A DNA stretch of 64,000 nt from Methanotrichaceae archaeon (GTDB lineage: Archaea > Halobacteriota > Methanosarcinia > Methanotrichales > Methanotrichaceae), in the NCBI GenBank assembly GCA_963803145.1, contig CAWDLW010000015.1:96001-160000 (forward strand), read 5' to 3'. Of the stretch, positions 60,992-64,000 are shown piece by piece. The number at the start of each line of letters is the position of its first letter. Position 1 is the first letter of the stretch. Both the position numbers and the translations under genes were made by a program. Below the pieces are notes generated by a model. The model had not been told where the DNA came from and did no database searches. It worked only from the letters and a program-made list of their open reading frames with translations.

Positions 60992-61877
60992 TCTGGGCTA
61001 ACGACCACCAGAGCATGTATTCCAGAACGTGTGAAGGAAGCTAGGGAACATAAGCTAACCTTAGCTTCTTTGCTAATTATTTAGCTGAAAACACTACGAG
61101 AACTTGAAATAAAGATAGGTGCCTATGGCACTGTTTAGTAATATATGTGTTCACAAGGTACCTGTATTATTTAGACTCCGGACCCTCATAGAATTTTAAT
61201 CGCTTATCTGACATTGATCTATCTAGTAAACATTTTATGGCCTCCAATTGAGCCTTCATTGATGATATCATCAGCTATGAGCTAATTAAGACCAATAATG
61301 GCAAGCTTCATGATCCCAGTGGTTTCAATGCAATATTGACCAAATCTAGTTGTGCTCTTATGAAGCAGAATACTTAAATAGGCAACTGTAGATAATAACG
61401 TTATCATTTACACAATAATTTATAAATTGAGTGATGATATTAAAATAATCGACCATAACATCGAAATCAGTATTTCTTAAAATTTAGGGAATAGAATATA
61501 TGTTCTAGCCCCTAAACTTTATATGATATCTGCTCTTCAATGCAAATTACATATAGTAGCAGCAATATCCAGATGACTTGAAGGCAATGTCCTATTGGGC
61601 TCTCTGGATCTGCATGATTCTTCTAAGTGTACCAGTGTTAGCGAGAGACGTACCTTTCGTCTTCGGTGAGGGGCACATAGATGTATCTAGTTATACCCCA
61701 GATCAAATCGAACAAGCGTCATATAGTTCATTTGACCTCAAAGGAGTACCACCCATAACTCAGCCATCGGATAATGCATTATTAAATTTTCCAGTTGTAG
61801 GTGGTGGTAATGGTCCAGGGGGCGAAACAGAGGAAAAGAAGGTTTCTAATTTAAAGAAATTATTCAATGCTCTTGTG

Positions 61878-63015
61878 GAGGATTCCTATTTACTTGTATC
61901 CTAAGGGCGGTTTTTTTAAATCGACTCTAGATTTGCCTTACGATGTTCGCTATTCTTGGTCTAACCTGTTTTTTTTCAGTTAATTCTCGATAGCATCCGC
62001 TATCCCTAAATGACATTTGCCTTTTTAAGAGTACAAAGCTGATACAAGTTAAAAGCGAAAGCGGTAACTATCATTTTCACATGCACTCTTCTGACTGATG
62101 TAACAAGCACTCTTCCAGCCTCGAAAACCCTCTTGATTACAGCATGGGGCCTTTCGCCAGGCGATCTGAGGATACTGATCAACTGATTGCGTTCTTTATC
62201 AAGATCAGAAAGAGGTTTATCAGTAGTCCTGCGCTTCATTGTAAAATCAATACCTTTGGCCTTCACACCGAAATATCCTCTATCTCTGAAAACTGGCACG
62301 CCAGGGATAGAGAGATCAACCTGACTGTCATGCAGTGATGCAGTCGAGGTCTCTATATCACGTATTAGGCTGTAATCGATATCAGTTATTTGATGTAACT
62401 TATATCCGAAGTGAGTTTCATTGCCTTTCTTAGCCCATGTGCCATCCTTGCTGCGACGTGTCTTAGCCTCATCGCCACGTGGTTTCTTTGACTCCGATGA
62501 TCCTGGATCTGCTTCTATAAAGGTAGCATCCTGAACAATTCCGCGTCTGATCTTCAATCCTTTTGCATCCAACTGTCTTTGAAGTTCAGCCCAAACAAGC
62601 CTATCTGTTCCTGTCTCCGCCATTCGTTCTTTGAATGACCATATAGTTCTGGAATCAGGGAACTGATCAGGAAAACCAAGAAATGCCATAAATGATATGC
62701 GATCAGCCATTTGCCGTTCAACAGCCAGATCGCTCAGGCCATACCACTGCTGGAGAATCAGGATCCTGAACATTAGAATAACATCACAGTTGGGCCTTCC
62801 TCCCTTCTCGGTCTTATTAGTATACATCCCTTCCAGAAGAGGACGAAAGGGAACCCAATTGATCAATCCAGATACTTGAGCTAATTTAGACTCCTCTTGC
62901 TTTGCATTTAGACCTTTCAATACCCAAGTAGTAAAAGAATCCATAACAATAAATACTATTTGCTGTATTTAACACTTTCGATGCTAAAGCAGGGGGTAGG
63001 TTTATAGGAATCCTC
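61878..63015 (-). mobile_element. IS5-family insertion sequence
   Basis: 12-bp perfect TIRs GAGGATTCCTAT / ATAGGAATCCTC; 4-bp TSD TGTG (61874-61877, 63016-63019). Confidence 0.94.
62006..62944 (-). CDS. IS5-family transposase
   Basis: GGRP, LQQWYGLSD, PDSRT, QDATFI, FGYKLH, HDS, DRGY, R..GERPHAVIK. Confidence 0.94.
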   Translation of the reverse strand: MDSFTTWVLKGLNAKQEESKLAQVSGLINWVPFRPLLEGMYTNKTEKGGRPNCDVILMFRILILQQWYGLSDLAVERQMADRISFMAFLGFPDQFPDSRTIWSFKERMAETGTDRLVWAELQRQLDAKGLKIRRGIVQDATFIEADPGSSESKKPRGDEAKTRRSKDGTWAKKGNETHFGYKLHQITDIDYSLIRDIETSTASLHDSQVDLSIPGVPVFRDRGYFGVKAKGIDFTMKRRTTDKPLSDLDKERNQLISILRSPGERPHAVIKRVFEAGRVLVTSVRRVHVKMIVTAFAFNLYQLCTLKKANVI

Positions 63016-64000
63016 TGTGGAACCAAATAATACTATGGTGCATAAAGAAGCTATTCATATTGAATTTGGCCACTCTGGATATTGTACTATTGAGCAAGTT
63101 AGCGCTATCTTTAGCTACCTGCTAACAGGCGATGAGGATAAAAAAGGATGGAACTATGTAGCCGATCCACGAGGTGTGAATAACTTTTTTTATGCTAACC
63201 AGACTTTAATGGAGGGAGAAGAAGCAAATCCAAAACGTGTAGGCGGTGGAGGATGTGCTGATTTCGCTATTTTAATGTCCGCTCTTGTAGAGTCTATTGG
63301 GGGAACTACAAGAATTATTCTAGCCCATAATAATACTTCAGAAGGCCATGCATTTACTGAAGTATACATGGGCAAATTCAATGACACAAATGTAAACAAA
63401 GCCATAAATCGGCTGGAACAGCAATATGAGACAGATAAAATCTACGTCAATATCAATACTACTACCAAAGACGTCTGGCTCAATCTTGACTGGTGGCCAG
63501 ATCAAAAAGGGAACGCACACCCAGGAGGACCATTTTTCCAAGGTGATAAGAATATAGTCCTGTATATTAGAGAGAATTTTAAAAAATCCTCTATAAACGT
63601 TCCTGAAGAACCAAATCAACTGCCTAAACTAATTAGCTTGGATTCAGATAAAGATAGCCCTCAGGATGTAGGATCGATCATAACCTGGATTGCAAAAGCT
63701 AAAGATTCAGATAACGATCCGATATATTACAAGTTCTTACTGAATGGTAAACAAGAAACAAAATGGGTTGAAGATAATATTTGGGTCTGGAATACTACTA
63801 ATGATGACGTTGGCAAAAACCAAATTGAGGTTCAAATTAGAGATGGAAAGTATGGACATGCACTTGTAACTGGATTCGATGATTACAAAAGTTCTGGCTT
63901 CAATATAACTGAAGCCAAGCCTACTCGACCAACGCCCCAGAAAATCGCACAGATTGCCCTGCAACAAGAACCAGCATCCTTAAAAATTGATGTTTATGAA

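Larger units (their letters stand above)
61578..64000 (+). pseudogene. Secreted transglutaminase-like protein interrupted by IS5 (5' part 61578-61877, 3' part 63020 to the window end)
   Basis: Removing the IS and one TGTG gives in-frame ...FNALV-EPNNTMV...GGCADFAILMSALVESIGG...GHAFTEVY...WLNLDW, then an Ig-like domain; no stop before 64000. Confidence 0.88.

Noticed and set aside
63190-63967. Three minus-strand ORFs at the right end
   Set aside because: Antisense to the open plus-strand frame of the IS-interrupted transglutaminase-like gene

Overview
Archaeal chromosome segment from a Methanosarcinales-type methanogen, most consistent with Methanothrix/Methanotrichaceae (inferred from gene content and Methanothrix-style secreted proteins). 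Mostly housekeeping: proS, argS, tRNA-Ala(GGC), tRNA-Pro(CGG), the conserved rpl18e-rpl13-rps9-rpoN-tRNA-rpoK-rps2-MEMO-mvk-ipk-fni-rnj-GGPP synthase superoperon, asd-ahbD-ahbA-trx, purF-rpl37e-Lsm, pyrC, hisG, cobQ, elp3, rps8e and a Tes-family radical SAM. Accessory, AT-rich parts include a possible PD-(D/E)xK nuclease (468-1763), an intact IS630 with a -1 frameshift, an ORF-poor 26.4-29.5 kb tract containing tiny ORFs, and a PLD/papain/zincin-like trio. At the right end is a cluster of secreted proteins: a Gln/Lys/Cys/Met repeat protein, two proteins sharing a ~75-aa repeat domain, and a transglutaminase-like protein that appears to begin the same domain and is split by an IS5 insertion with a 4-bp TSD. 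I added genes or starts missing from the ORF track: rpoK, rpl37e, full-length mvk (CTG start), and the 3' part of the IS5-split gene. The right-end cluster is the best candidate for an undescribed system; its function is a hypothesis.
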